A DNA stretch of 64,000 nucleotides, taken from assembly GCA_000004985.1 (NCBI GenBank), contig GG738912.1; one strand, written 5' to 3'. Each line of letters opens with the position of its first letter. Within the stretch, counting starts at the first letter, position 1. The notes beneath the pieces were generated by a model. The model searched no databases, had not been told where the DNA came from, and was given only the letters and a program-made list of their open reading frames with translations. Positions 63,837-64,000 of the stretch are shown in pieces. Source of the stretch: Naegleria gruberi. Taxonomy: Eukaryota. A program made the position numbers and the translations under genes.

Positions 63837-64000
63837 ACACATATATTTATTTTAAAATGTAAAAAAGGAAACTATTCCACCAATAAATTATTTGATTTCC
63901 AAAATAATTAGTTTATTAATTTTTTATTTATTTTATATTAATTAATTACATCCTTAACGACCAAATTCTGTACAATCTTTTGCAATCTGGAAAAAATTGC

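Noticed and set aside
1-64000. Prokaryotic/operon interpretation, CRISPR arrays, or a non-standard (ciliate) genetic code
   Set aside because: Spliceosomal introns with GTAAGT donors, a signal-peptide exon structure, Pol III genes and eukaryote-specific domains are present. TAA/TGA/TAG terminate ORFs at conserved C-termini (for example USP7). No direct-repeat/spacer architecture is present.

Overview
This window is gene-dense nuclear DNA from an AT-rich lower eukaryote, not a prokaryote. Coding segments are long ATG-to-stop ORFs interrupted by short GT..AG introns of about 41–253 nt, often with GTAAGT donors; the two very short introns of 32 and 41–47 nt are inferred from reading-frame continuity only. 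Intergenic spacers are about 75% AT. Many proteins carry N/Q/S-rich low-complexity tracts. Three Pol III genes (5S rRNA, tRNA-Pro, tRNA-Arg) plus a tRNA-Met fragment are present. I call about 38 protein-coding genes on both strands. Recognisable products are: a USP7/HAUSP-type MATH–USP deubiquitinase; a Mn-type cation diffusion facilitator; a CGPC thioredoxin with a C-terminal membrane anchor; a GET2/CAML-like protein; a COMM-domain protein; a KCTD-type BTB protein; two paralogous Sel1-repeat–BTB proteins; an RWP-RK protein; a divergent G-alpha-like protein; a giant (3160 aa) protein that is an array of ~85–90 IQ motifs; a P-loop ATPase with an N-myristoylation motif; an adrenodoxin-type 2Fe-2S protein; and several F-box/LRR-like and secreted Cys-rich proteins. 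The organism cannot be named from sequence alone. The Sel1–BTB expansion, short introns and AT-richness suggest an early-diverging fungus (Glomeromycotina-like); RWP-RK, COMM and a PPR–DYW remnant would also fit an amoebozoan-type protist. This is inference. The most unusual items are: (i) a secreted, extremely Lys/Cys/Tyr-rich repeat protein ending in a 4x KVDTYKPPK tandem repeat (35905–37110); (ii) a truncated, frame-disrupted plant-type PPR–E–DYW editing-factor gene next to the giant IQ gene; (iii) a systematic pattern of frame breaks, each repairable by adding a single base, mostly in short A/T runs, which splits at least eight genes in the ORF track and points to assembly indels rather than pseudogenes; and (iv) a ~120-bp element repeated upstream of two neighbouring genes. 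No CRISPR array, no clear transposon, and no rDNA other than 5S were seen.
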